Below, one piece after another: positions 27,327-37,500 of a stretch of 64,000 nucleotides of DNA. Each line of letters begins with the position of its first letter. Positions within the stretch are counted from its first letter, which is position 1. The notes beneath the pieces are model-generated. The model did not search any database. It was not told the DNA's origin and was given only the letters and a program-made list of their open reading frames with translations. Origin of the DNA: Phycisphaerales bacterium (GTDB lineage Bacteria; Planctomycetota; Phycisphaerae; Phycisphaerales; SM1A02); contig SIAR01000010.1 in assembly GCA_009691705.1 (NCBI GenBank), positions 1,430 through 65,429 of the forward strand, read 5' to 3'. The translations under genes and the position numbers were made by a program.

Positions 27327-28523
27327 CTACTGCGCGTCGGAAGCGCAACTGTCTGCAACGAGCACAACGACCGTTGGCTCACTCATTGCGGCGGCGTGCG
27401 TATCGAGCGGCAGAAGTTCAGCAGCGGGGTTTGCTGTCGAGCGCACCTCGAGGCGGGTGCCCTCACAGAGCGCAATCGGCTGATCAAAGAACCAAGGCTC
27501 TGAGAATTGCTCATTCCACGCCGGAATAGTGAGCAGTCGAGTGGTGGCCCCCCACATATCAACCGCCAGCACTTCGATCGACTTCACCCGCGAACCGGCG
27601 CGGACAGATACCCCAATCGCATCGCCCGCTGCGGTCAGCACCGCTGGGCGAACGCGACTGAACGAGTATGGGTGGACGATGCGCGCGTCGGCGCTCGCGG
27701 CCAGAAAGCGAATGGTTGCGGCGGGTGATTCGACTTTGCCCCGGCCTTGCGCATGCGCCTCAACAACCAAGGCAGCAGAGCGCGGAATCTCTATGGCATA
27801 TCCGCGCGGCAAGATCAACCGCGGTGACAACCGAGAGATTGCGCCAGCCGATCCAGAGGCATGCAGTCCGATGTCGCCTACCGCTTCGTATCCCGGCGTG
27901 ATGTCGGAGGCATCGAGACGCACTCCGTAACCGAGTTGGTCCCAGAGCAGCGAGACGCCGTGCACAACTCCTGGCGCATCGGCGACGAGTTCGAATCCGC
28001 CGATGAGCAGTGGTTGCGCGACGAGGGGCGTGAGTGCGAACGATCGCACGCTGAGTCCAGGATCGGCGCTGAGACTCCATCCTTCGCCAAAGCGCACCGT
28101 GAGAACTGCCGGAATCTCAGTCGCTGTTTCGGATGGCACAACCGAGTTGGCACTGCGCGCGCCACTCTCAAGCCACGCGAGAAGCGCCGCGCGATCAACG
28201 CCGTTCAGTGCCCGCGAATGACGCAGAGGTGGCCCCGCCGAACTAGGCAGCCATGGCGGCATTGTTCGATCGCGCACCACTTGCGCCGCAGTGAGAGCAC
28301 GACGAGCGAGGGTGCCTGGTGCAGAGAGATCGAGTCCCGATCCGCTGCCACTCTGGTGGCAGGGCAGGCAAGAGTCGATGAAGACGCGTTCACCAGCGCA
28401 CTGCTGTGAAATTGGCGGCGAGTCGTCAGCCCTTGCAACCCCAGCGTTCACCAGCGCCAACGCCAAATATTGCGCAGCGAGGCGGGCATCTCGTCGCTTG
28501 CATCGGCAGCGCGCTGGCAACAT
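27327..28523 (-). CDS. exported protein with one CxxCH haem-c motif and a beta-rich C-terminal domain (possibly PHM/DBH-like)
   Basis: Trimmed to ATG 28523, 4 nt after the ATPase stop. It has a signal-like N-terminus (LAAQYLALALVNAGVARA), then the motif FIDSCLPCHQSG. The C-terminal block IPAWNEQFSEPWFFDQPIALCEGTRLEV resembles the W.F.WQ..Y....P block of bacterial copper-monooxygenase-like domains. Confidence 0.55.
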   Translation of the reverse strand: MLPARCRCKRRDARLAAQYLALALVNAGVARADDSPPISQQCAGERVFIDSCLPCHQSGSGSGLDLSAPGTLARRALTAAQVVRDRTMPPWLPSSAGPPLRHSRALNGVDRAALLAWLESGARSANSVVPSETATEIPAVLTVRFGEGWSLSADPGLSVRSFALTPLVAQPLLIGGFELVADAPGVVHGVSLLWDQLGYGVRLDASDITPGYEAVGDIGLHASGSAGAISRLSPRLILPRGYAIEIPRSAALVVEAHAQGRGKVESPAATIRFLAASADARIVHPYSFSRVRPAVLTAAGDAIGVSVRAGSRVKSIEVLAVDMWGATTRLLTIPAWNEQFSEPWFFDQPIALCEGTRLEVRSTANPAAELLPLDTHAAAMSEPTVVVLVADSCASDAQ

Positions 28524-28527
28524 TGCG

Positions 28528-30567
28528 CTACGAATTCGCCGCGAGTTTGTGCACGGCGCGCAGGGGTTTTTGAGCCCGCCGCGACTCTGCCATTCGGCGC
28601 ACTTCTTCGGTGTCGGCATATTCCTCGCCGAATCGCACCAGCCGCAGACTGTTGGCAATGACAAATATGTACGCCGCAGCCTGATAGAAGGGGGTCACCC
28701 AGATCTGAATCTGGCCAGTCGCGGCGAGGGCGAGTCCAACGAGGGCCAACAACAGACTTGCGGCAATATTCATCGCAATCACGCCACGCGCCTTTGCGGC
28801 GAGTTCGAGAAGGAATGGAATGTGACGCAGGTCGTCATTCATCAGTGCCACCCCAGCGCTGTTGGTTGCGATATCTGAACCAGAGAGTCCCATCGCAACG
28901 CCCACATCAGCGCTCGCAAGAATGGGGCCGTCGTTGATGCCGTCTCCCACCACGAGCACCCTGTGCCCGCGTTGCAAAAGGTACTTCAATTCTTCGTGCT
29001 TTTCTTCAGGAAGACACTCGGCTTCAATCGTGTCGACACCCACTGACTCGCCGACTTGTCGGGCCACGGCCAGGCGATCGCCCGTGAAGATGCAGACGCG
29101 GCGCACGCCAAGATTGCGAAGGCGAGTGACGGTCTCTGCCGCGTGTTGACGCAGTTTGTCTTCGAGTCCAACCGCGCCCAGATAGCAATTGTCTTGCATC
29201 ACATGCACGCTTGACATCCCCTCGATGCGCGCTTCAACCTTGGCAACTTCGGCGGCAATACTCGGGTTGATCTCGCAGAGCCAGCGCGAGCGTCCGGCGT
29301 GCAGGGTCGCACCCGCTGCGGTGCGCGCGACGACTCCTCGACCATGCACTTCTTCGTACGAGGTCAACTGCGCGGGTTGGATGCGGGCACGTTGCGCCGT
29401 TTCGAGAATGCTCTTGGCGAGTGGATGGTTCGACGACTGTTCGCAGTCCGCGGCACCCTGCAGCAACGCCGCACCCTCACAACCCTCGGCAGGCGCGAGC
29501 CGGCTCACGCTGAACTTGCCGGTGGTCAGTGTTCCGGTCTTGTCCATGACAACAGTGTCGATGCGTCCCGCTGCTTCGAGGGTGCGCGTCTGCTTGATCA
29601 TGATTCCAAGGCGAGCGGCGGCTGCGAATGCTGCAACCATTGCCGTTGGATAGGCAATCAAAAGTGCCCCAGGACAGGTCACAACGAGCACAGTGATGGC
29701 GCGCACCGCCGCCTGATCGCGCACGCTCGCAATGGCGCTCTTGCTCGTGAAGAACCAGACGAGTCCTGCCACCATCAAGACGACGGGAACGTAATAGCTC
29801 GCCAATCGTTCGATCAGTTCTTGACGATCACTGCGCGAATTTTCTGCCTCACGAATGAGCGACTCGACCTTGCCAATGGTTGTGTCGCCAGCGACTGCGG
29901 TGACTTGGATGTCAATCTGTCCAGTCAGGTTGGTGGTGCCAGCGTGCACGTCAAGCCCCGGTTGGGCGTCGACTGGCACCGCTTCACCCGTCAGTGAGGC
30001 TTGATTGATATTGCTAGTGCCGCGAATGATGCGGCCATCGGCGGGCAGGTTTTCGCCGGGGCGAACGCGCACAATGTCGCCCACTCGCACAACCTTGCGG
30101 CTGACTTCGCGCTCCGATCCAGCCTCGTCGACGATGCGCGCCATGTCGGGAGTGAGTTCGAGCAACTCGCGAATTGCGCGTTGCGCTCCCCACGCTGTGC
30201 GCGAGAGGATGAGCTCAGAGAGCCAGAGAAAAAAAGCCAGAAAACCTGCTGCGAGATAGAGATGGTTTGCGATCGCCGCCAATATTGCAACCGTCGCGAG
30301 TGAATCACTCGATGGACGGCCCACCCGCAGTTCTTTGATTGCTCCCGTCGCCATCGGCACAGTGAGGACGATTGCGCCGAGCACTGCTGGAATCTGCGCG
30401 ACAGAATGTTCGATGCCCAAAAGCGACTCGCCGAGCCACGCAACTAGAAGCAGCGTGCCACCACAAAGCGCAACGAAGAGCCTTCGCTCAAGGCGCGCAC
30501 CGCCCTGAGCGGCCTCAGTCTCGCGGTCGATCTGCATCGTTGAAGTGGTGCCATCCATCGTTGTCAT
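28528..30567 (-). CDS. P1B-like P-type ATPase, atypical (no N-terminal metal-binding domain, CPG in TM4)
   Basis: LTGEAVPV (TGE), DKTGTLT, SNHPLA (the HP motif of P1B pumps) and GDGINDGP are present. TM4 reads VVTCPGALLIAYP instead of CPC/CPH/SPC. The last TM helix reads QAAAYIFVIANSLRL. Confidence 0.88.
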   Translation of the reverse strand: MTTMDGTTSTMQIDRETEAAQGGARLERRLFVALCGGTLLLVAWLGESLLGIEHSVAQIPAVLGAIVLTVPMATGAIKELRVGRPSSDSLATVAILAAIANHLYLAAGFLAFFLWLSELILSRTAWGAQRAIRELLELTPDMARIVDEAGSEREVSRKVVRVGDIVRVRPGENLPADGRIIRGTSNINQASLTGEAVPVDAQPGLDVHAGTTNLTGQIDIQVTAVAGDTTIGKVESLIREAENSRSDRQELIERLASYYVPVVLMVAGLVWFFTSKSAIASVRDQAAVRAITVLVVTCPGALLIAYPTAMVAAFAAAARLGIMIKQTRTLEAAGRIDTVVMDKTGTLTTGKFSVSRLAPAEGCEGAALLQGAADCEQSSNHPLAKSILETAQRARIQPAQLTSYEEVHGRGVVARTAAGATLHAGRSRWLCEINPSIAAEVAKVEARIEGMSSVHVMQDNCYLGAVGLEDKLRQHAAETVTRLRNLGVRRVCIFTGDRLAVARQVGESVGVDTIEAECLPEEKHEELKYLLQRGHRVLVVGDGINDGPILASADVGVAMGLSGSDIATNSAGVALMNDDLRHIPFLLELAAKARGVIAMNIAASLLLALVGLALAATGQIQIWVTPFYQAAAYIFVIANSLRLVRFGEEYADTEEVRRMAESRRAQKPLRAVHKLAANS

Positions 30568-30620
30568 AGTGTTGTGAGGGTAGCACCGCTCAACGCTCTG
30601 CGCCGTGGTAGGTTGCGTCG

Positions 30621-31613
30621 ATGGCAGAACGGATCGCAGTCATTGGATGCGGACAGTTTGGAACGGTTCTCGCCTGCCATGCAGCACGCGCGGGGCACGC
30701 CGTGGTGCTTTGGGGGCGCACTGCAGAAGAAGTCGATCCGTTGGTTAGCGATCGCGCGAGTCCGCGCATCGCTGGACTCTCGCTGCCTGACTCGCTCGAG
30801 GTGACGCGTGATGCGCGTGCGGCGATGGATCGCGCTGATCTTGTTCTCACGGCCATTCCCGCTCAATACGCCCGTGCCGTCTGGAAGGTTCTCGTCGCTG
30901 ATTGTCCGAGTGCTGCGGTTGTGGTGAGCGTTGCGAAGGGCTTCGAGATGGGATCGATGATGCGTCCTAGCGAGGTACTGCGCGATGTTGGTGTGCAGGG
31001 CGAATGTGTGGCGCTCTCGGGTCCGACGATTGCCACGGAGGTCGCGCGCGGATTGCCCACGGCCTTGATCGCGGCGGGAAGCGAAGGGGCTTCGCAGCGT
31101 GTGCAGTGCGCACTCACGAACGATGCCTGGCGCATCTACTGCAGTACCGATCAGGCTGGAGTCGAAGCGGCTGGGGCAATCAAAAACGTCATCGCACTCG
31201 CGGCTGGAATGATCGATGGCATGGAACTCGGAATGAATGCCAAGGCGACACTGCTCGCCCGTGGACTCGCCGAGATCTCGCGCCTCGGCATTGCGATGGG
31301 TGGACGGCGCGACACGTTTTTTGGCATTGCCGGGATGGGCGATCTCGCCACGACCTGTTTTAGCGCGGATGGGCGCAATCGAACGCTCGGCGAGAAGATT
31401 GGCCGGGGAGAGAATTGCGAGGCGGCGCTGCGGGCGATGGACTCGGTGGTCGAGGGTGTCGACACGTGCAAGGTCGTTGCCCAACTTGCTCTGCGCTACG
31501 GCGTTGACATGCCAATCGCGCAGGCGGTGCATTCGGTGCTCTTCGATCGAATCGCTCCGCGCGTTGCGCTGCAAGTGCTCATGCGCCGCAGCACGCTTGA
31601 AGAGCGAATCTAG
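30621..31613 (+). CDS. gpsA: NAD(P)H-dependent glycerol-3-phosphate dehydrogenase
   Basis: The Rossmann N-terminus IAVIGCGQFGT is present. GAIKNVIALAAGM, GMGDL..TC.S..GRNR..G and the 330-aa length also match. Confidence 0.93.
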   Translation: MAERIAVIGCGQFGTVLACHAARAGHAVVLWGRTAEEVDPLVSDRASPRIAGLSLPDSLEVTRDARAAMDRADLVLTAIPAQYARAVWKVLVADCPSAAVVVSVAKGFEMGSMMRPSEVLRDVGVQGECVALSGPTIATEVARGLPTALIAAGSEGASQRVQCALTNDAWRIYCSTDQAGVEAAGAIKNVIALAAGMIDGMELGMNAKATLLARGLAEISRLGIAMGGRRDTFFGIAGMGDLATTCFSADGRNRTLGEKIGRGENCEAALRAMDSVVEGVDTCKVVAQLALRYGVDMPIAQAVHSVLFDRIAPRVALQVLMRRSTLEERI

Positions 31614-31649
31614 CCGCCAGACAAAGTTGGGCTTTCTATTGGGCGGCGT

Positions 31650-32819
31650 CTAGGCGGTGCCGCGCGTGTCTGGCACCCCAACGATTGTGCCACCCGATTC
31701 GACCTTGCGTTGAAACCGGTGGGTGCGCAAGAGTTCGACCGTGCGCTGCATGTCGCCCCAAAGCGGCGCTTGAAAAGTCATCGGTTCATTTGAGATTGGA
31801 TGGCGCACTCCCAGGAATGCAGCATGCAGAGCCTGTCGAGTCATGAGCGGGGTGTCATTGTCACCGCCAATGTCGCGCTCGGTGATATGGCTTCCACCGT
31901 ACATGTCGTCGCCAAGCAGGGGATAGCCGATGTGGGAAAGATGCACGCGAATCTGGTGGGTGCGACCAGTACGCAACTCGAGTTCGACCAGGGAATACCC
32001 CAAGTAGTTTTCGAGCACGCGGTAGAAAGTTTGCGACGGCTTTCCAGTCTCGTCGTGGCGCACCGCGTATCTCTCGCGAATTGTGGGGTGTTTTCCCAGT
32101 GGCAGATCGATGAGATCGACTAGCGGTTCAGGATGCCCCTGCACAATGGCGAGATAGCGCTTTTGCGTCTGGCGCATTTCGAACTGCTTTCCGAGTCGCC
32201 AATGTGCGGTGTCGGTCTTTGCGGCGACCATCACTCCGCTGGTGTGCTTGTCGAGTCGGTGTACCACTCCAGGGCGCGCGAATTCTTTGCCGACGCCGGA
32301 GAGCTGTCCGCTCGTGCGATTCTGAAAGTGCCAGGCCAGTCCATTGATCAGTGTTCCAGATTTATGGCTTCGCGCCGGATGCACGATGAGCCCAGGGCGC
32401 TTGTTGATCACGATCATCTCGCCATCTTCAAAGAGCACATCGAGCGGCATTTCTTCTGCGGGAATCTCGCTGCTGGGAGGTGGCGGCAGCGTTGCAACGA
32501 TCACATCACCCAGGCGCAGCTTCGTACTCGCTTTGGCGACTCGTCCATTCACGAGCACCGCTTCTTCGTCAATGAGCCGTTGCAGCGATGTGCGGCTTAA
32601 GAACGGAACGCGGTCGACGAGATATCGATCGAGTCGCTTGTTGAGATCGTGGCTGAGTGTGAAAGTCACCGAAACAGGTCGGTCTTCATCCACTGCTGCC
32701 GACTCTTCGTACAAAGCGAAGAGGGCATCGCGATCGACTGTGCCCGCATCCGAGAGAAGTGGCGACTTCTCAGCGTTATCACGGGCGGTCGAGTCATCAC
32801 TCGGGGGGGCAGGAGTCAT
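31650..32819 (-). CDS. rluD: RluA-family 23S rRNA pseudouridine synthase (RluD-like)
   Basis: An S4 domain (LDRYLVDRVPFLSRTSLQRLI...VLVNG) and the catalytic HRLDKHTSGVMV are present, together with KRYLAIV and GRTHQIRVH. There is an N-terminal extension of about 50 aa. Confidence 0.9.
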   Translation of the reverse strand: MTPAPPSDDSTARDNAEKSPLLSDAGTVDRDALFALYEESAAVDEDRPVSVTFTLSHDLNKRLDRYLVDRVPFLSRTSLQRLIDEEAVLVNGRVAKASTKLRLGDVIVATLPPPPSSEIPAEEMPLDVLFEDGEMIVINKRPGLIVHPARSHKSGTLINGLAWHFQNRTSGQLSGVGKEFARPGVVHRLDKHTSGVMVAAKTDTAHWRLGKQFEMRQTQKRYLAIVQGHPEPLVDLIDLPLGKHPTIRERYAVRHDETGKPSQTFYRVLENYLGYSLVELELRTGRTHQIRVHLSHIGYPLLGDDMYGGSHITERDIGGDNDTPLMTRQALHAAFLGVRHPISNEPMTFQAPLWGDMQRTVELLRTHRFQRKVESGGTIVGVPDTRGTA

Positions 32820-32857
32820 GAAGTCAGAGCGCCAAGCGACGTGAAGCGACGCGTGAG

Positions 32858-33685
32858 TCAGGGAGTTGGCTCAGGCTCAGGTGCAGGCATCGCTGGCGGT
32901 GTCAGTGTTGGGGCGGCAGCGCCTGTCTTGGCCATGTCTCCCAGAAGCAACTTGAGCGCTTCGTTATCGGGTGAAAGCGCAGATGGCGCCAGGCCGGTGG
33001 CAGGGTCAATCGTTGGTGGCAGTGCTGCGACTGGGGCCGCAGGAATCGGATAGGGGGTTGAAATGACACCCAGCGATTCAAGTCGCGCGGCCGCGTTCTT
33101 CGAGAGCCAAGGATAATCGTCTCCCGCGACAGATCGCACCGCCTCAAGATTCGTCTTGGCCGCCGCGACATCACCGCGAGATTCAGCGATAGCGGCGCGT
33201 CCAAAAAGTGCGCCGATTTCAAATCCGCGGGATCCGCGTGTTTCATCGGCCTTGGCTGCGGTGATCACGTCAACGTAGAGCGCATCGGCTTCAGCTAACC
33301 ACTCAGTCTTGAGTTCCGGAGTCATCGTGGCATCGGCCGCAGCCGCCTCGCGGTCAAAGCGCTTGCCGGAGAGCACGCTCTGCAGGTAACGGTCGCCGGC
33401 GTTGAGCAAGGCGTACGAGGCGATCGAGTCGACCTCACCATGCTTTGCGGCAACATCTTTGAGGGCAGACGGAATATCCGCGGCATTGAGTTCGGCCCAG
33501 GCGAGGTCGCGGGCTTGTGCCGCGCGGTTCTGCCACCAATTCCATCCCATCGCCAAACATGCGACAACCAGCACGGCCAGAAGCCAGTTGGGTCCGCTGG
33601 TCTTGAGCCAGAAGAGAAAGTCATCGTTGATGCGACCCTCGGTGAGGTCGGTTTGTTGCACGTTGCCAAGTCGTTTGCGATCCAT
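32858..33685 (-). CDS. membrane-anchored TPR-like protein (YfgM-like) with a Pro-rich C-terminus
   Basis: Trimmed to ATG 33685 (MDRKRLGN...). It has a single TM helix (NWLLAVLVVACLAMGW), then Ala-rich helical repeats and a tail ...PAMPAPEPEPTP. The family assignment is tentative. Confidence 0.45.
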   Translation of the reverse strand: MDRKRLGNVQQTDLTEGRINDDFLFWLKTSGPNWLLAVLVVACLAMGWNWWQNRAAQARDLAWAELNAADIPSALKDVAAKHGEVDSIASYALLNAGDRYLQSVLSGKRFDREAAAADATMTPELKTEWLAEADALYVDVITAAKADETRGSRGFEIGALFGRAAIAESRGDVAAAKTNLEAVRSVAGDDYPWLSKNAAARLESLGVISTPYPIPAAPVAALPPTIDPATGLAPSALSPDNEALKLLLGDMAKTGAAAPTLTPPAMPAPEPEPTP

Positions 33686-33719
33686 AAGGGGGCGAAGTGT
33701 AGCATTGCAGCGCAATCCA

Positions 33720-34595
33720 ATGCGATGTCGAATTCTTGTGACTGATCTGGATGGCACACTGCTCGACCGACGCGGTCAAGTTTCTCAAAGAAACTATGAG
33801 GCAATTGATCGCGCACGGCAGGCTGGAATCGAGGTCGTTTTCGCGACAGGGCGCTCTTGGATCGAGTGCCGAACAGTTGCGCAGGCGACACTCGGTTCAG
33901 GCATGACAATCACCGCTGGTGGCGCAGCGATGCATGACGTTGGCACCGGCAATTGTGTCGATCGCATCGTGATCTCAAACGACCTAGTTGCGCACTGCAC
34001 GCAGAGCCTTGTGCGCCATGGCCATCTCGCACACCTTCTCAAGGATGCATCCCAAGCGGGCTACGACTATCTCTTGGTGGGAGATGCACAACTCGATGAG
34101 GCGAGTCGCTGGTGGTTCAGCGTGCATCCGCTTCTCACCCGGGCGGTGTCGGCGCTCGAGAGCGATCCGCAGTTGCTTAGCGCCCAACTCGCACATGTGC
34201 TGCGCGTTGGCACGGTCGCGGCCGCGAGTGAACTCGATAGTGTCGCTGCGGCGATTCGCGCCGAAGTTCCAGAACGGCTTACGCTCAAACACTGGCCAGC
34301 GCTGGTTGCGCTTGGTCAGGTGGGAATCGACACGCACCTTCTTGAAATCTTTGATGCCAACGTTGATAAATGGAACATGATCCAGCGGCTTTGCCTCGCG
34401 CGCGGCATTGACTCTGGCGACGTCGTCACTGTTGGGGATGGTCTCAACGACATTGGAATGTTGCAGGGTGCCCAGCGCAGTTACGTTGTGGCGAACGCCG
34501 ATCCGGATGTCGCGCGCTGCGCAAAGCGACGGGCCCCCGACCATGACCATGATGCGCTTGCCTTCGTGGTAGAGGACATACTCAATGGACGCTAG
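33720..34595 (+). CDS. Cof-type HAD-IIB family hydrolase
   Basis: Trimmed to ATG 33720. MRCRILVTDLDGTLL carries the DxD motif, followed by VFATGRS and the C-terminal GDGLNDIGM. Confidence 0.85.
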   Translation: MRCRILVTDLDGTLLDRRGQVSQRNYEAIDRARQAGIEVVFATGRSWIECRTVAQATLGSGMTITAGGAAMHDVGTGNCVDRIVISNDLVAHCTQSLVRHGHLAHLLKDASQAGYDYLLVGDAQLDEASRWWFSVHPLLTRAVSALESDPQLLSAQLAHVLRVGTVAAASELDSVAAAIRAEVPERLTLKHWPALVALGQVGIDTHLLEIFDANVDKWNMIQRLCLARGIDSGDVVTVGDGLNDIGMLQGAQRSYVVANADPDVARCAKRRAPDHDHDALAFVVEDILNGR

Positions 34596-37500
34596 TCCCA
34601 CCGCACTTCCGACGTGGACCATTCCTTTGGGGCGGGTGGATGGTCGGGCGCTTTGCACTGCGTCTGAGGCACTACTCAAGGGGTTCCTCGAGACAGAACT
34701 CGACGTCAATCTCATCGTCGGCGTGCGGCGGGTTCCGTTTGAAGGTGTCTTTGACGCCGTTGAGAGCGAACTGCCACAACTCATCCTTTCGCGCAACGGT
34801 CTTGTGGTTGTTGCCGCGTTCGATTCGGTGCGGGCCATCGAACTCGCCGCGCAAGAGGCCGCGCGAGGTCGGCGCGCGGTTGTGCTCATTGCCAACGACG
34901 ACCTCGATCAGGTCGTTGTGTCGCTTGCGCAACTCGGTCAGGCGCCGATAGGTGAAGGAGCAGGGGTCTGCATCGTGCTCGAAGATAATCCGTTTGCGGT
35001 CCCCACAACCTGCCCGCGCAAGGTCTGTCGGCGCAGTGGACTGACTGCGATCGAGCCGTGCGATGTCGCAGGATTGCGCGACGCGTGTGATGCGGCGCTG
35101 CGAATATCGCGAGCCTCGCGGCGTCCATCGGCAATCATTGCCCACATTTCGCTGCTGCGCTCCGCCGCCACGCTCGTGATGGCGCCCAACCGCCAAGTGG
35201 CGCGGGTCGATCATGATGCTTGGCTGCGTCGCAGGCCGCTGATGCGCGCAGGGGAGTCTTCTGATCCGCTACAGATTGTTCGCCGACTCGAACTTAATCT
35301 TCTTGAACACTTGCCGAGCCCGGGCGAACGAGAGCAGTATGGATTCGTCGCCATCGGAGCGTGCGCAGTCGCAGTTCGTCACATGCTCGACGAACTCACC
35401 ATGACGGGTCGGGTGCCATTGCTGCGACTGACGGTCACCGAACCGCTCGACGAAGCCGCTGTCTCACGATTGCTAGAACGTTGCCACCACGTCATCGTCG
35501 TTGAGGCGCGCCCCGGCTCAGTCGCGCCCCGCATAGTTGCGATCGCCCAGTCGCTGCGTGCGAAGGACGGAGTGCCCGCGCAAGTTTGGTGGGACGCGAT
35601 GCCGCCAGGAGCAGGTGATGTCGAACCGCTCGGCATCAACGATGGGCTTCGAACGAGTCTGCTCACGCGACGAGTCATCCGACTATTGCACGAGGTGCGC
35701 CCAGGATTGCAGCTTTCAGCGCGACTCGCCCGTGTACCACCGGGCATTACAACAATTGAACTTCCAAGGCGGGGCATTGGCATCGGACTCGCCGCCGGTT
35801 TCAACCTTGCCGCTGCGGTCATCGCCGAGGCTGCCGCTGTCATCGGCGCGCGCACCTTCGCCGATGGACTGAAGCGCGCGATCGTTGCCGAGCGCGGGTG
35901 TGCAGAACTCGCAGACATCGTTTGCACGGTTGAAGTGTGGGATGCGCGACGATTTGAGCGCGAGGGAGTTGCGTTGGTTCGGCAAGCCGCCTCCGAGAGT
36001 GCTCCGCGCGTGGTCGTCGTCTGCAGTTTTTCTGGAGAGACTCCCATCGACATCGAGCGACTCGCGCGCGCATCTGCAGGGGTTGATGGCGAATCACGCC
36101 TGGTCTTTGTGCGCATCGACATCAATGACCGCGAAGCACTACGCACTGCACTCGTGGCGGCCGCCGAGGCGACCGCGCTCACGATCATCATTGCACAGGA
36201 CGGCCCTCCGCCTCGATTCGATGTTGCTGCCCTTGAGCGAACCGCGCGCGAGATCGATCTCGACGGATTCTTGCGCTTTCAGAGATTCGTCCTCCCTGCT
36301 GACAATGCTTGCGAGTTGCGCGACCCAGGACTCGCCACGCAGATAGCGCGAGGATTATTGCGCGGTTCTGATCCGCTGCGACCTGAGCCGCTCGTCGAAC
36401 GATCAATTGTGCCTGGAGCACGGGGACTTTTCTTTCATCTCGAATCGCTGCTCGAGCAGGTTGAGATCATCCGCACGCGGCCTCCTGCTGGAATCGATGC
36501 ACTTCGAACCTCTGTGCGGGTCACACCTCCGCGCCCAGCGCATGCCGATCAGGGAATGTGGAGGGTGCACATCGCCGGCTTTCGGGGCGATGCTCCCGGA
36601 GCTGCGGGGCAACTGCTCGCCGAGGCTGGGCGAGCAATGGGATTTCAAGTCGAGTGGACTCACCTGGGAGTTCCCATCGGGCCTGGGCGACGCGCCTGGT
36701 CACAACTCGTCTTCACGCGCGTCGACGAGTCGGTCACACTCGAAGCGGCGCGTTGCACGATTCAGATTCCGTACGGTGAGGCAGACTTGGTCATTGGAGT
36801 CGATCCAGTCGAAACCATTCGTGCGATCGCGACCGATGCGCAATTGCGGGTTGCCGATCCGGCGCGGACGGCGCTGGTCGCCAATGTCACGCCACTCGAG
36901 GATCAGATCGACGAATCATCACAGCGGTGCGCGAGTCGACTCGCGTCCATTGCGCAGGTCACAACGCTGGCGAGTAGCTGTGTCTTAGTCGACATCGTTT
37001 CGGAAGCCCGCGCGATCTTTCTCAGTGATCGACAGTGCGATCTTGTTGCACTTGGGATCGCGTTTCAGCGCGGGTTCATCCCAGTCTCGATCGATGCGAT
37101 CGAAGCCGCGGCGCGCCGGATGGAATCACGGGGATATGCCCGCAGTTTCGAAGCGATTCAGCTTGGTCGACTGCTGGCTGTGCGCACGCTCGAGAGTTCT
37201 GCAGAGGTCGCAGGCACACCGGTGTCGCTGCCGAGTTCCGATGAGACGCTGCGCCTCGCGCGACTGGTTAGCGCTGACCGTCAACTCGGTGGACGGCGTG
37301 AACGAAGTCGCGGTCAGCGATTGCGCAAGGCAGTTGCGGCGGCTCTGGGGCAACTTGGTCCGCTCGCGACCACCCGTCATGGCCGCGAAGCGATGCGCGA
37401 CTTTGCAACGGCGATGCGACGGTGTGAAATGTGGGGAGGTTTCGAGTACGCCACGCAGTACGCCGCGTGCATCACCGCACTGCGCGGCGCGGATGGCACA

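Noticed and set aside
27309-27327. GC hairpin gcgcgcg-ttctg-tgcgcgc between the convergent fbaB and the haem-motif gene, a possible bidirectional terminator.
   Set aside because: The stem is only 6-7 bp with no flanking U/A tracts, and it touches the stop codon of the minus-strand gene. This is too weak to list as a terminator.
31614-31649. Imperfect inverted repeat (CCGCC...GGCGG with an inner AAAG/CTTT) between the convergent gpsA and rluD.
   Set aside because: The outer stem is 5 bp around a 23-nt loop and there is no U-tract. This is not convincing as a terminator.
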